From: an uncultured delta proteobacterium
GTDB taxonomy: Bacteria > Desulfobacterota > Binatia > Binatales > Binataceae
Direction of reading: 5' to 3'
NCBI GenBank assembly: GCA_963724765.1
Contig: CAVRVY010000003.1
Span: 1,606,247-1,670,246, forward strand
Length of the DNA stretch: 64,000 nt
Shown: piece after piece, positions 48,701 through 58,457 of the stretch
Layout of the letters: the number at the start of each line of letters is the position of its first letter
How positions within the stretch are numbered: position 1 is the first letter of the stretch
Made by a program: the position numbers and the translations under genes
Notes under the pieces: generated by a model
Told to the model about the DNA's origin: nothing
The model's input: the letters and a program-made list of their open reading frames with translations, nothing else
Database searches by the model: none

Positions 48701-49519
48701 CACGATGTGCCGCTCAATAGCGGGGTCTTTCGCCCGATCAAGGTGATCGCGCCGCCGGGCTCCCTGGTCAATCCCAGCTTTCCGGCACCGTGTGTCGCCG
48801 GTAATACCGAGGGACAGCCGCGATTGATCGCCTGCATCCAGGGTGCGATGGCGAAGGCGATGCCGGATAGGGTCGGCGCCTCTGCTATCGGTACCGCGTG
48901 CAACCTGCTGATGGGCGGCACGCATCCGGACACGGGTGAGTTCTGGACCCACTATCAACTTGACGGCGGCGGATGGGGAGGCAGACTCGAGCGGGACGGC
49001 AACAGCGCCCAATGTATCCCGCACGGCAGCACCATACGGTCCACGCCGATCGAAGTTTTCGAGAGCCGCTTTCCGCTCCGCGTGGTCGAATATTCGCTGC
49101 GGTCCGACTCGGGCGGTCCCGGCACCCATCGGGGCGGCCTGGGCGTGCGGCGAGTGTTCGAGGTCACAGCGCCTTCGGTGACGTTGAGCGCGCTGCTCGA
49201 TCGCGTCGAGGAAGGTCCGTGGGGCGTGCGCGGCGGCAAGCCAGGCGAGCCCGCGGGTATCTTCGTCAAACGCCGCGGCGAAAAGCGGTTTCGGACCTTC
49301 GTCGATGCGCTCGGGACGGTCAGTCCGACTAAATTCGTCAACATCAAACTGGAACGCGGCGATCAGATCCTGATGGATGCGCCGGGTGGCGGCGGCTATG
49401 GAGACCCGCGCGAGAGAAGCGACGCCGCGATCCGCGACGACCTGCTTGACCGTTTCGTAACGCCGGCGAAGCTCAAGAGCTATGGCCGCCGCCCAAACTT
49501 CGCGAAGACGGCGATCTGA
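45704..49519 (+). CDS. Fused hydantoinase A/B (5-oxoprolinase-family) protein
   Basis: GIDTGGTFTD, DMGGTS, GAGGGS, AYSPIFSESRDFS, HNDPY..HMPE, GGPGTHRGG, PGGGGYG. Confidence 0.95.
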   Translation: MLRIGIDTGGTFTDFVAFEASSGSVSIVKVPSTPMQPADAPIAAIRQSSVARGDVERIVIGTTLATNARLQKRGATVLYIGTGGVEDVPIIARTDRKEAYNPAWPKPDSGVKRRHIFGIAERLDHKGGVLVPLKQSELHRVGKWVAGWLKAEPATDWAIAVNLLFSYVNPVHEREIGDYLSKRFPDLPISLSHEVAPIWREYERATTVITDAFVKRTITQFSGRLASEVKKLGIKAPLSLMKSNGGNAAAKSASVAPVQLLLSGLAGGVIAGRRFARDHAGGNGVTLDMGGTSADVGLIANGDFGSTTEYELEWGVPVSALFIDYTTIGAGGGSIAYVDSGGLLRVGPKSAGAEPGPACYGGGGTEPTVTDANVVLGRIDPGFFLGGKMPLDAALARRAIEGLATTLGLSVEETAIAILNSTAANMANATRLLTVDRGLDARDFALISFGGAGPLHAVDVAQQLGITKVVVPPHPGLCSALGTLLTDLRADRARTVMHRSDRMDLKRLAAELKEVAREALAELKRDGLKGAPALAGYLSMRYLGQNFGELIKLSSLEMNQATFDRAIEDMHRRHEELYGYSMRDRVIEITEVRVVAIGEETVSAQLLAPAGGKAERHATRAICFAGAGYLETPVYRRIELPEGTRLDGPALVEEMDSTTLLHPGDSAEVRADGSLVIQVAEKTNVAAHSRDSAKIRIVPEHDPTTLTVVNNALRNICDEMGSAMVRTAYSPIFSESRDFSCLLFDRNARMIGQAEMNPAIMCAGLHTVPHCVAEIGAGDFAPGDVVVHNDPYRGQCHMPEHLLLKPVFIDGKLIGYAGNIAHIGEIGGMAVGSFAATATEVFQEGLRLPPIKLMARGEYRKDVWRIVMANHRTPDATWGDFHAIMGSLTTAERRLQELVSRYGLDDFERICQALIDHAEAWMRSQIRKIPNGVYEFEDYFEDDGVVRKRYYFRCKVHVMDEEIVVDLSASDKQALGPINVTYVATAAACCTAILQSIGTHDVPLNSGVFRPIKVIAPPGSLVNPSFPAPCVAGNTEGQPRLIACIQGAMAKAMPDRVGASAIGTACNLLMGGTHPDTGEFWTHYQLDGGGWGGRLERDGNSAQCIPHGSTIRSTPIEVFESRFPLRVVEYSLRSDSGGPGTHRGGLGVRRVFEVTAPSVTLSALLDRVEEGPWGVRGGKPGEPAGIFVKRRGEKRFRTFVDALGTVSPTKFVNIKLERGDQILMDAPGGGGYGDPRERSDAAIRDDLLDRFVTPAKLKSYGRRPNFAKTAI

Positions 49520-50098
49520 CTATTCGTCGCGAACGGATGAAACCGCCTCACTGGTCAACAGATCAATCGGCCGCGTTCTGCCAGCAAGTTGCCGCAAGAT
49601 GGCCATTCTCCGATGATCCCAACAGGCTAATGAAGCCGTAGAGGCGGGCTATTTCGATGGTTCGAGTGGAGAATCTCCAGAGACAGGGACTCGTTGGCGG
49701 AAGACCCGGTCTGTAGCGAACCAAGCTCTGCCTGAAACTCCCTCTTATGTTGGGAAATGCAGGCGCGGACACGTGCGCGAGCGCGCCGTCGACACTACGG
49801 GCGGCGGAACGGTAATAAATCAACCTCGATCGAGCGTTGATAGAATCCGTATCGTCTTGCCCGGTGAGCGCGAACCCGCCCACTCCAAGCGTTTTCCCAA
49901 GCCGGGGTGTCGGTGTTTTGATGGCAGACCCGCCACTGATGCCGTGCGTGACGGAGCCCGGCGATTCCGACTTGCCAAAAAGTCTTGCGCATCCGTCCCG
50001 AGCAAGCCTGACGGATGTCCTGGAATCATCGATTCGCTCGGCTCGCTACAGACGCTCGTCAGGATGTTGCTAAAATCGCCTACAAGCTCTGTCAGAGC

Positions 50099-50135
50099 GG
50101 AACCGAGAGTTCGATTCCGTGCCCCAGCGGGAGTC
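50099..50135 (+). other. Degenerate tRNA-3'-end-like (att-like) motif
   Basis: GGAACCGAGAGTTCGATTCC (T-loop-like GTTCGA) ending CCAGCGGGAGTC; loosely inverted partner GACTCGTTGGCGG at 49688. Confidence 0.35.
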
Positions 50136-50417
50136 ACGAACGCCTGCTTCGTTTCGCGCAGATGCAAACTGATCACGATGGAGTGGTGGGCGTGGCACTG
50201 TAAGATCAAGCCGGATGCTCCTTATCTATGACGGCTGCCATGAATCTTGGCGCGGAGCAATTCCCGGAGAATCCTGTTCCTTCTCGAGCGCCAAGATGAT
50301 TTCGTGCAGATCAGCCGCCACAGGTACCCTATAGTTGAGGGCGTCACGGAGTGTGGCGTGGTTCGTTCAATCATTTCACGGCGGTTCGGGTAATCGAGAG
50401 CATCATCCGAGAGAATC

Positions 50418-51220
50418 ATGGCGGAGGTCTTCACCCAAAGTCAGCTTCAGGCCGTCGCGGATGCGTTGGGCGATACGTCTGAGGGGCTGACCGGGTCTGA
50501 AATCGAACATCTTCTGGCGACCTGCAAGATGGGCGACCCGTCGCCCGCTATGACGAAGCGGCATCGGCTTCACAACGCGTTCGTCGACAGCCAGAACAAT
50601 CGTCAGGACCGTGTTGCCATTTTGGCGTTCATTCGCAAATCCATGAAGCCAGAGCTGTACGCGCGCGAGCCACAACGGTACGAACCGATGCGGGCGAATC
50701 TTAATCGTGCGCTTGCATTTGCCGGACTAGCGGTGGATCCAACCGGCGAGTTGGTCAGGGTTGAGAGGGCACAGACCCTAAGTGAGGCACAACGTCGTGC
50801 GGCCGAACTCCGAACAGACCTGGAGATACGAAACGTCCATCCCGACGTGCTTCGATTTTGTCGAGAAGAGTTGCTTGTCGACAATTATTTCCATGCTGTG
50901 TTGGAAGCGACGAAGAGCGTTGCGGACAAGCTGCGGGCTCGAACCGGCCTAACGGATGATGGAAGTATCCTAGTCGACCGAGCATTAGGGGGCGATTTGC
51001 CGCTTTTAGCAATCAATGCGTTCGAGGGCGAGAGCGAGAGAGCGGAACAGCGCGGATTCGCGAATATTGTCAAGGCGTCTTCGGCATGTTCCGTAACCCG
51101 CCAGCGCACGCACCTAAAATCGCTTGGGCGGTGAACAGAGAAGACGCGGAAGAAGCGTTCACCCTCCTGTCGATGATTCACAAGAGAATAGATGCGGCGC
51201 GTACGCCGGCGCGGGCGTGA
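50418..51220 (+). CDS. TIGR02391 family protein with one frameshift near 51074
   Basis: GLTGSEI, HPDVLRFC, NYFHAVLEATKSV, EQRGF; after adding one G: GMFRNPPAH. Confidence 0.85.
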
Positions 51221-51560
51221 GAGGTTCAGGCCGCTCGGTCTCTGGGAGCTTCGCGACGGCGCTGCGCTCTGTAACGAAATACGAGATGCCGGCTCCTGCC
51301 TGTATCAGGTTCGGATGACCGCAAAAAGCGCGCGTGGGGGGGGGGCGATGCGCCCGCTGTCCCTGCTGAAAATTCTATCCCAACAAGAATTGAAACAGGT
51401 GCGGAAGCCAAGGAGAGTCCAGCCCTGACGACCGACGCGCGCCGCAAGCTGTACCATAAGGAGCTGTCGCGCGATCCTGATTTCAACGCCATCAATGAGG
51501 ATTCGCAGACGGTGCGGCACCGGCCACCGCGCAACCGATGGCAAGCAGTAGTTGGTGCCG

Positions 51561-52415
51561 TCAGGCTGCCAGGCGCTGGTAGCGATGGTGCAGCCCGCCG
51601 ACTTGCGGGATGGCGATGATTCGGCCGCTCCGCGGCGGCTGGATGGGACGCGAGTGCGGACAATCCTTGTCTAATGCGAGATGCGTTTGGGCTCGGTGGT
51701 AATAGTCTACGTAAGATGAAAGGACGTTGCGCAAATGACGTTCGTTAAAGATGATGATCTGATCCAGGCACTCCCGCCGGATCGAGCCGATCACGCGCTC
51801 GACGTAAGCGTTCTGCCACGGTGAGCGTGGTGCCGTGACGACCTCAGTGATGCCCATCGCCGCGCCCCGCTTGCTGACGACCGAGCCATACGAGGCGTCA
51901 CGGCCGCGCAGCAGAAAGCGAGGAGCTGTCTCCCACGGGAACGCTTCAGTTACTTGGTGCGCAATCCACGCTGCCGTGGGATGCTGCGTAACATCGAACC
52001 GCACAATCCTTCTGCGACCGTGAGTCAGGATGATCATGACGTAGAGCAATCGAAACGAGGTCGACACGGCGACCAACATGTCGATGGCAGCGATGCCGAT
52101 TGCTTCGTTGTGCAGGAAGCTACGCCACGTCGGCCAAGGCGTTCCGACTCGCCGCACCAGGTAGTTTGCGACCGTGGCTTGGCTGACCTCAAGGCCGAGC
52201 TTCAAGAGCTCGCCGTGGATGCGGGGCGCACCCCAGAGTGGGTTAGCGCTGTTCATCTGCCGGATCAGATCACGAACTTCGCGATCTACTGACGGCCGTC
52301 CAGACCTTGAACGCCAGCGCCAATAGAGCCGGAAGCCTTGGCGGTGCCAGGACCACGGTAGCAGAGTCGGGCCAGATTTCATCACGCCAGTCGATGATAG
52401 GGCTGACATCTCCAA
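51561..52415 (-). pseudogene. Integrase-core (rve) transposase, 5'-truncated and degenerate
   Basis: NPLWGAPRIHGELLKLG, SPWQNAYVERVIGSIRRECLD, GGLHHRY; expected RDRD reads RGRD. Confidence 0.85.
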
Positions 52416-52547
52416 CTCATCAGCGACGCCGCGAGCCCTCCACCAGGCCGCCCTTTGGGTTTCCGTGCACCCGGATTAGGTTTTGAGAAGCGACAACCGG
52501 CACCGATACTATCGCCTTCAATTTGATTGGCTCGTAAGCTTGGACAT

Positions 52548-52575
52548 TGCGTCCCAAAAGAGCTTTTCGGACGCA
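52548..52575. repeat. Inverted repeat just downstream of kdpC
   Basis: TGCGTCCcAAAAGagCTTTTcGGACGCA; no U-tract. Confidence 0.5.
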
Positions 52576-52585
52576 CTGCCAACTT

Positions 52586-53206
52586 CTAGGGTTTGGGATA
52601 GGCTCGTTGCAAGGCCAGGTTCAAAGCAAGGACATTCACCCGTGGCTCGCCAAAGATTCCGAGACTGCGGTTTGTAATGTACCTACCCAACAACATCTTG
52701 ATATATGCCATGGGCACGCCGCGCGCACGCGCCACGCGTTCGACCTGCAGGGCCGCGTTGGCTGGGCTAATGTCCGGATCCAGGCCTGAGGCCGAAGCTG
52801 TGAGCAGGTCGGAGGGCAGGTGACGGCCCACGAGCGCAGGTTGCGAACGTTCGAGAGCATTGCGATCCCTGGCAATTCTCTCCATCAACGTTTTGCTGGT
52901 CGGACCCAGATTGGACCCGGCAGAACTCGCAGCGTTATAAGGGGCGGCCCCGGTTTTCGCCGGATAGCTTGCATCACTGCCCATTGTCGCTGATGGACGC
53001 CCGTGGAACCACGCAGGGTCGTTCCATTGCTGACCGATGAGTCGCGAACCAATAATGGTGCCCGATGGGCTTCTTTCAAGGCTTCCGTTTGCCTGATACG
53101 GAAAGAGCCATTGGCCTAGTCCGGTCACCGCCAACGGATAGATGAGACCGCACAGCAACCAGGTGATCAAAGAGGCGCGCAACGAGCTCATCATAATGTT
53201 CAACAT
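52586..53206 (-). CDS. kdpC: K+-transporting ATPase subunit C
   Basis: YPLAVTG, ANGSL, GSRLIGQ, ASGLDPDIS, GEPRVNVL. Confidence 0.97.
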   Translation of the reverse strand: MLNIMMSSLRASLITWLLCGLIYPLAVTGLGQWLFPYQANGSLERSPSGTIIGSRLIGQQWNDPAWFHGRPSATMGSDASYPAKTGAAPYNAASSAGSNLGPTSKTLMERIARDRNALERSQPALVGRHLPSDLLTASASGLDPDISPANAALQVERVARARGVPMAYIKMLLGRYITNRSLGIFGEPRVNVLALNLALQRAYPKP

Positions 53207-53218
53207 CGCGATGATCCT

Positions 53219-55318
53219 TCAGAGCAGACTCGAAATGCACGAGTCGATTAGCTTGATCCCGATGAATGGGGCAATCAGCCCGCCCAGACCATAGACCAGC
53301 AGGTTGCGGCGAAACATATCCTCGGCACTTTTCGGTTGGAATCGAACCCCGCGGAGCGCCAGCGGAATGAGCGCTGGGATGATTAGGGCGTTGAAAATCA
53401 GGGCAGAGAGAACCGCGCTTTGCGACGTAGTCAGTTTCATGACGTTCAACGAGGCGAGCCCCGGTAATGCGACCATGAGCATGCCGGGGAGAATGGCGAA
53501 GTACTTGGCGAGGTCGTTGGCAATCGAAAACGTCGTCAGCGCCCCGCGCGTAATCAGCATCTTTTTGCCGATGTTGACAACGTCCAGGAGCTTGGTAGGG
53601 TCGGAATCCAAGTCGATCAGATTGGCGGCTTCCTTGGCGGCCGCAGTCCCGGAATGCATGGCCAAGCCGACATCCGCTTGAGCCAGCGCCGGCGCATCGT
53701 TGGTGCCATCGCCGGTCATCGCCACCAGTCGACCCTGCGACTGTTCGAGACGAATGATCCGAAGCTTTTCCTCCGGCCTGGCCTCCGCGACAAAATCATC
53801 GAGGCCGGCCTGTGCGGCGATAGCTCCGGCGGTGAGCGGGTTGTCGCCGGTAACCATGACGGTGCGAATGCCCATTTTGCGTAATTGCGCAGTGCGCTCG
53901 CGAATGTGAGGTTTCAAGACATCGGACAATTCGATCACGCCAAGGATGCTGCCATCGACGGCGACGGCCAGAGGCGTCGCTCCGTTCTTTGCCACGCTGG
54001 CCACGGCATCGTCGAGGTCGGCAGGTATGGCTGATCCGAAGGTCTCGCGAACGTGCCTGATGATGGCCCCCACTGCACCCTTGCGAATTTTTTGCCCATC
54101 GGGCAAATCCGTGCCGCTCATGCAGGTCGCTGCGGAAAAATCCAAACCGCGAGCACGCTCAACGAGAGGCTCGTCACCCGCGCCGCGCTCTCGGGCAAAC
54201 GTGACGACCGTCCGTCCTTCTGGAGTTGTATCGAAATGCGAAGCCACAGACGCCGCGTGAGCCAATCGTTTCTCGGTGCATCCGGACAACGGAATGAGTC
54301 TCGTTGCCTGGCGGTTGCCCATGGTGATGGTTCCGGTCTTGTCCAGGATCAATGTCTGCACGTCGCCCGCCGCTTCGACCGCTTTTCCCGACATGGCAAG
54401 CACGTTGAACCGCACCATGCGATCGATGCCGGCAATGCCAATGGCGGATAGCAGTGCGCCGATGGTGGTGGGAATCAGGGCAACTGTCAGCGCAATGAGG
54501 TCGGCGACGTTGAGCTGCGCCTTCAGATAGGACGCCACCGGCGCCATCGCGGCGACCACGATGACAAAGATTAAGGTCAAGATGGAGAGCAAGACAGTCA
54601 AGGCGATCTCGTTGGGCGTCTTCTGTCGCTTCGCGCCTTCCACCAGGTGAATCATGCGGTCAAGGAAGCTCTTGCCCGGCTCGGCTTCAACTCGAACTAC
54701 CAGCCAATCCGAGACGATGGTCGTTCCTGCCGTGACAAACGAAAAAATGTCGGTCCCTGCTTCCTTCAGGACGGGAGCCGCTTCGCCGGTGACCGCCGAT
54801 TCATCGACGTATGCCATGCCGTCTACCACTTCGGCGTCGGAAGGGATGACATCGTTCTTTTCCACCCGTACAAGATCGCCCTTGCGCAATGCCGTTGCGG
54901 GAACCTCTACAATCTGACCTTCCGGTCCCGCCCGTTTGGCCCTCAGTTCCATCTTGGTCTGACGCAGAAACGCGGCCTGTGCTTTGCCTCGCCCCTCCGC
55001 GAGCGATTCCGCGAGGTTTGCGAACCATACCGTCAGAAACAAGATGATTGTCACCACCCCGTTGTATGTGGAGGTGGCGCTCGACGGGCCAAAGAGTGTG
55101 GGTTCCACAGTTAGAGCCGCGGTCACGAGCGTACCGAGCCAGACGACGAACATTACGGGATTACGGACCTGCTGCCTCGGACCGAGTTTTTTAAAAGAAT
55201 CGATCAGCGCCTGCCCAATCAGTCGAGATTCGTAGGTGGCGCGATGCGGCGCCTCGTGAGAATAGAGCCCCGGCGAGGAACTCGATTGGATGTCAGCATT
55301 CGCGCCCATATCGATCAT
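53219..55318 (-). CDS. kdpB: K+-transporting ATPase subunit B
   Basis: NPVMF, IPTTIG, DKTGT, TGDN, TGDGTNDAPAL. Confidence 0.98.
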   Translation of the reverse strand: MIDMGANADIQSSSSPGLYSHEAPHRATYESRLIGQALIDSFKKLGPRQQVRNPVMFVVWLGTLVTAALTVEPTLFGPSSATSTYNGVVTIILFLTVWFANLAESLAEGRGKAQAAFLRQTKMELRAKRAGPEGQIVEVPATALRKGDLVRVEKNDVIPSDAEVVDGMAYVDESAVTGEAAPVLKEAGTDIFSFVTAGTTIVSDWLVVRVEAEPGKSFLDRMIHLVEGAKRQKTPNEIALTVLLSILTLIFVIVVAAMAPVASYLKAQLNVADLIALTVALIPTTIGALLSAIGIAGIDRMVRFNVLAMSGKAVEAAGDVQTLILDKTGTITMGNRQATRLIPLSGCTEKRLAHAASVASHFDTTPEGRTVVTFARERGAGDEPLVERARGLDFSAATCMSGTDLPDGQKIRKGAVGAIIRHVRETFGSAIPADLDDAVASVAKNGATPLAVAVDGSILGVIELSDVLKPHIRERTAQLRKMGIRTVMVTGDNPLTAGAIAAQAGLDDFVAEARPEEKLRIIRLEQSQGRLVAMTGDGTNDAPALAQADVGLAMHSGTAAAKEAANLIDLDSDPTKLLDVVNIGKKMLITRGALTTFSIANDLAKYFAILPGMLMVALPGLASLNVMKLTTSQSAVLSALIFNALIIPALIPLALRGVRFQPKSAEDMFRRNLLVYGLGGLIAPFIGIKLIDSCISSLL

Positions 55319-55349
55319 TTGTGCAAACGCGGCGATCGCTGATCCGTCA

Positions 55350-57080
55350 TCAGAACAGCAGTAGATGCTTCATGGCGAAATACTCGGCGATCGGTCCCAT
55401 CACCAGTGCGGGAAGGAAGGTCAGCGCTCCCACCACTAAAATGGTCCCCAGCCAGAACGCACCAAAAAGCAAGGTATCCGTGCGCAACGTACCGGCCGTG
55501 GCCGCCACCGTGGGCTTGGCTGCCACTGATCCGGCAACCGCCATCATAAAGATGATCGGTGGATAACGGCCGAGTAGTATGACGAAAGCGGTAGCCAGGT
55601 TGTACCAGGGCGTATTGGCATTCAGCCCGGCGAAAGCCGAGCCATTGTTGGCCGCGGAACTGCTGAATGCATAGAGCACCTCGGAGTAGCCATGCATTGC
55701 CGCATTGCCCATCGAGGCCAGACCATAGGGTGCAATCACGGACAGGCCTGTAGGCGCCAGGATGACCAACGGATGGATCAGCAGCGCCAGTGACACCAGG
55801 ATGATTTCGGGCCTTTCTATCTTTTTTCCAAGGAACTCAGGTGTGCGCCCGACCATCAGACCCGCGACAAAAATCGCGACAATGCCGTATACCAGCGCGG
55901 CGAGGAATCCGACGCCTTTTCCCCCAAAGACGCACTGCAGCATCATTCCTATGAAGGTTCCCATGCCTCCCAAAGGTGTGAAGCTGTCATGCATCGCGTT
56001 GACGCTACCGGTCGTGAACAGCGTGGTTACGCTGGCGAACATCCCACTCTGGGCTACCCCGAACCGAACCTCCTTGCCCTCCATATTGCCGCCCGGCTGC
56101 GTAGACGTCGCCGCTAGTTCCACGCCGGCGTTGGCAAGCATTGGCGTTCCCGTTTGTTCCGGCATCACGGTAATCGGCAAAAACAAGATCACCATTGCGG
56201 CCATGACGGCATACAGCACCCAGCCCTGCCGACGGTTGCCGATCATCTCGCCGAAACAGAGCACGATCGAACTTGGCAGAACGATCATCAACAGAGTTAG
56301 TATCACGCAAGTTAGGGGCGTCGGATTCTCATATGGGTGTGCGGCATTGGCATTGAAGAACCCGCCTCCATTCGTGCCCAGGTGCTTGATCGTCTCGAGT
56401 GATGCGACCGGCCCCATAGCGATCGTCTGATCGCCTCCTTGCACGGTGTGGGCGATCACCATAGCGTTCAGCGTCTGCGGCGTGCCTTGCCAGATCATTA
56501 CCAGTGCCAGCACGAAAGCCGCCGGCATCAGCACCCGCGTGGTGAAGCGAATGAGGTCACGATAGAAGTTGCCAAGGTTGTTGCCTCCGTGCTTGACGAC
56601 GAAGGCGCGGATGAAGGCCATGGCAACCACGAAGCCGGTAGTGGCGGATGTGAACATCGGAAAGGTAATGGCCGCCATTTGGCTGAAGTTGGAGAGCGTG
56701 GTTTCGCCGCCGTAACCCTGCCAGTCGGTATTGGTGATAAAACTAATCGCCGTGTTGAACGCCAGGATGGGGTCCATGCCAGCGAAATGCATGGGGTTGA
56801 GGGGCAGATGATCCTGAAAGACCAGAATCAGGTAAATGATCGCGCCCATTATCGCATTCGTCATCAGCATGTGAACCGTGTACGATTTCCAGCTCATCGG
56901 CTGAGTGCAGGCGCGCCGGCCAATCAGTAAATAGAGAAGGCTGTCCAATGGATCCAAAATCGGATCCAGGAAGGTTCTCCGGTCGGTCACAACTCGCGCA
57001 AGATAACCGCCAACAGGAATGCTAACCAACCCCGCGATCAGTAATGTCAGCCCGATTTGCAGCCAAGCTTGGAATGGCAT
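55350..57080 (-). CDS. kdpA: K+-transporting ATPase subunit A
   Basis: FITNTDWQ, LGTNGGG, MEGKEVRFG, GRTPEFLGKK, ANNGSAFAG. Confidence 0.98.
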   Translation of the reverse strand: MPFQAWLQIGLTLLIAGLVSIPVGGYLARVVTDRRTFLDPILDPLDSLLYLLIGRRACTQPMSWKSYTVHMLMTNAIMGAIIYLILVFQDHLPLNPMHFAGMDPILAFNTAISFITNTDWQGYGGETTLSNFSQMAAITFPMFTSATTGFVVAMAFIRAFVVKHGGNNLGNFYRDLIRFTTRVLMPAAFVLALVMIWQGTPQTLNAMVIAHTVQGGDQTIAMGPVASLETIKHLGTNGGGFFNANAAHPYENPTPLTCVILTLLMIVLPSSIVLCFGEMIGNRRQGWVLYAVMAAMVILFLPITVMPEQTGTPMLANAGVELAATSTQPGGNMEGKEVRFGVAQSGMFASVTTLFTTGSVNAMHDSFTPLGGMGTFIGMMLQCVFGGKGVGFLAALVYGIVAIFVAGLMVGRTPEFLGKKIERPEIILVSLALLIHPLVILAPTGLSVIAPYGLASMGNAAMHGYSEVLYAFSSSAANNGSAFAGLNANTPWYNLATAFVILLGRYPPIIFMMAVAGSVAAKPTVAATAGTLRTDTLLFGAFWLGTILVVGALTFLPALVMGPIAEYFAMKHLLLF

Positions 57081-57095
57081 GAGCGATCCCACCAA

Positions 57096-57179
57096 TCAGA
57101 ACTTTTCGGGGTTGATCACAGCGTAGAACAGATAAATCACCAACCCGACGACAATCGCCATCAGAACGTACAAGGCCAT
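57096..57179 (-). CDS. kdpF: KdpF membrane peptide
   Basis: MALYVLMAIVVGLVIYLFYAVINPEKF with the diagnostic PEKF end. Confidence 0.92.
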   Translation of the reverse strand: MALYVLMAIVVGLVIYLFYAVINPEKF

Positions 57180-57188
57180 GCTCAGTTC

Positions 57189-57335
57189 CTATGCAGCGTG
57201 AGTTTCATGGTCCCGATGGTCGGCGGACGCCATCTCGTCAACCGGGCGAATAACGTTCTCCGAAAAGCGAACGAGCAACCCGACCAGAGCAAAGGAGCCG
57301 AGCAATGCCAGAAAGATCAGCAAAGTTTCCAACAC
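57189..57335 (-). CDS. 48-aa single-TM peptide upstream of kdpF
   Basis: GTG start after GAAAGGAG; MLETLLIFLALLGSFALVGLLVRFSENVIRP...; stop 9 bp before kdpF. Confidence 0.7.
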   Translation of the reverse strand: MLETLLIFLALLGSFALVGLLVRFSENVIRPVDEMASADHRDHETHAA

Positions 57336-57833
57336 AAGTCTCCTTTCTCGGTGAGCTTTCCCGCTTGGATCAGGCGGCTCTCGCCGGATACCGAGCCAAA
57401 ACCAAAGAGCGCCGTGCCGATTGCAATCCGCGAGCACGAATACGCGGTGTCGCGTCCTGCATTTTGCACAGTTCCCCCTGCGCCCCTACGCGACTGCGCT
57501 ACGATTTCGGGGTTGCGTACACGACCTAATTGCCGACAGCATCGGCATGCACACTCCCATATTCCGGGACCATAATAAAAGTCACCGTGATGACCGGGCT
57601 CAAATCGGAACCGGCGAGCGCGAAGTGGTGAGATCGATCGGACACAGGATTCTCACGTTGACCTTCAAAGAATCGGCTACGGCCTGTCCGAGGCCTGCCA
57701 AAGACCGGGCAAGTCCGCGTTTTGAGACGGGCAGAAGCGGCATCTAGAACCAGAGCTGACAGGAGCGTTAGGTCCCCGCGGAATCGGATATGATGTTGTG
57801 GCGGCGGCGGCGAGCTTCGAGGCCGAACGTTCG

Positions 57834-58457
57834 ATGCATCATATCTTTAGTCCCTCGGGAATGACCGATTGGCTCTCCAGCTGGGGTTATCTGGGCATTT
57901 TCATATGCGTCTTCGTAGGTAACCTCGGGATACCGATACCCGAGGAGTTAGTCCTTCTTGCCGCCGGATTCCTCGCCGGGCGCCATACTCTAGACTTGGG
58001 CACTCTGTACATTGTCGCAATTTTGAGTGCCGTGTCGGGAGACTGCTGCGGCTTTGTGATTGGACGCACCGGTGGACATCGTCTGTTCGAGTGGCTTTCC
58101 GAGAAATCGAAATTATTACGTAGGCGCTATGAGCGCTTGCATACGTTCTTTCAATGGCATGGTAACGAGACCGTCTTCTTCGCGCGGTTTATCACGGGCG
58201 CGCGCTTCATGGCGGGACCAATGGCTGGTGCAGCGGGGATGCGTTTCTGGAGTTTCCTCGGATGGGACCTGTTAGGCGCGTTCATCTGGTGCTCTATTAT
58301 GATCACGATCGGCTATTTTGTCGGAAATCAATTGGAGCGGGTGGCACGCGTGGTGCACAGGGGCGGTCAGTGGATAGCCGTAGCAGGCCTCCTGGTTGTG
58401 ACTGCGATGTGGTTATTTTGGCGCTATAGACGTCATCGGGGCGGTTCTGAAGCGTGA
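57834..58457 (+). CDS. DedA family protein
   Basis: GIPIPEE, GDCCGFVIGR, FFARFITGAR. Confidence 0.92.
   Translation: MHHIFSPSGMTDWLSSWGYLGIFICVFVGNLGIPIPEELVLLAAGFLAGRHTLDLGTLYIVAILSAVSGDCCGFVIGRTGGHRLFEWLSEKSKLLRRRYERLHTFFQWHGNETVFFARFITGARFMAGPMAGAAGMRFWSFLGWDLLGAFIWCSIMITIGYFVGNQLERVARVVHRGGQWIAVAGLLVVTAMWLFWRYRRHRGGSEA

Noticed and set aside
52472-52495. Possible IS end CGGATTAGGTTTTGAGAAGCGACA
   Set aside because: No matching partner TIR or TSD found, so element limits cannot be defined
57340-57800. c-di-AMP riboswitch upstream of kdp
   Set aside because: Conserved ydaO motifs not found by eye
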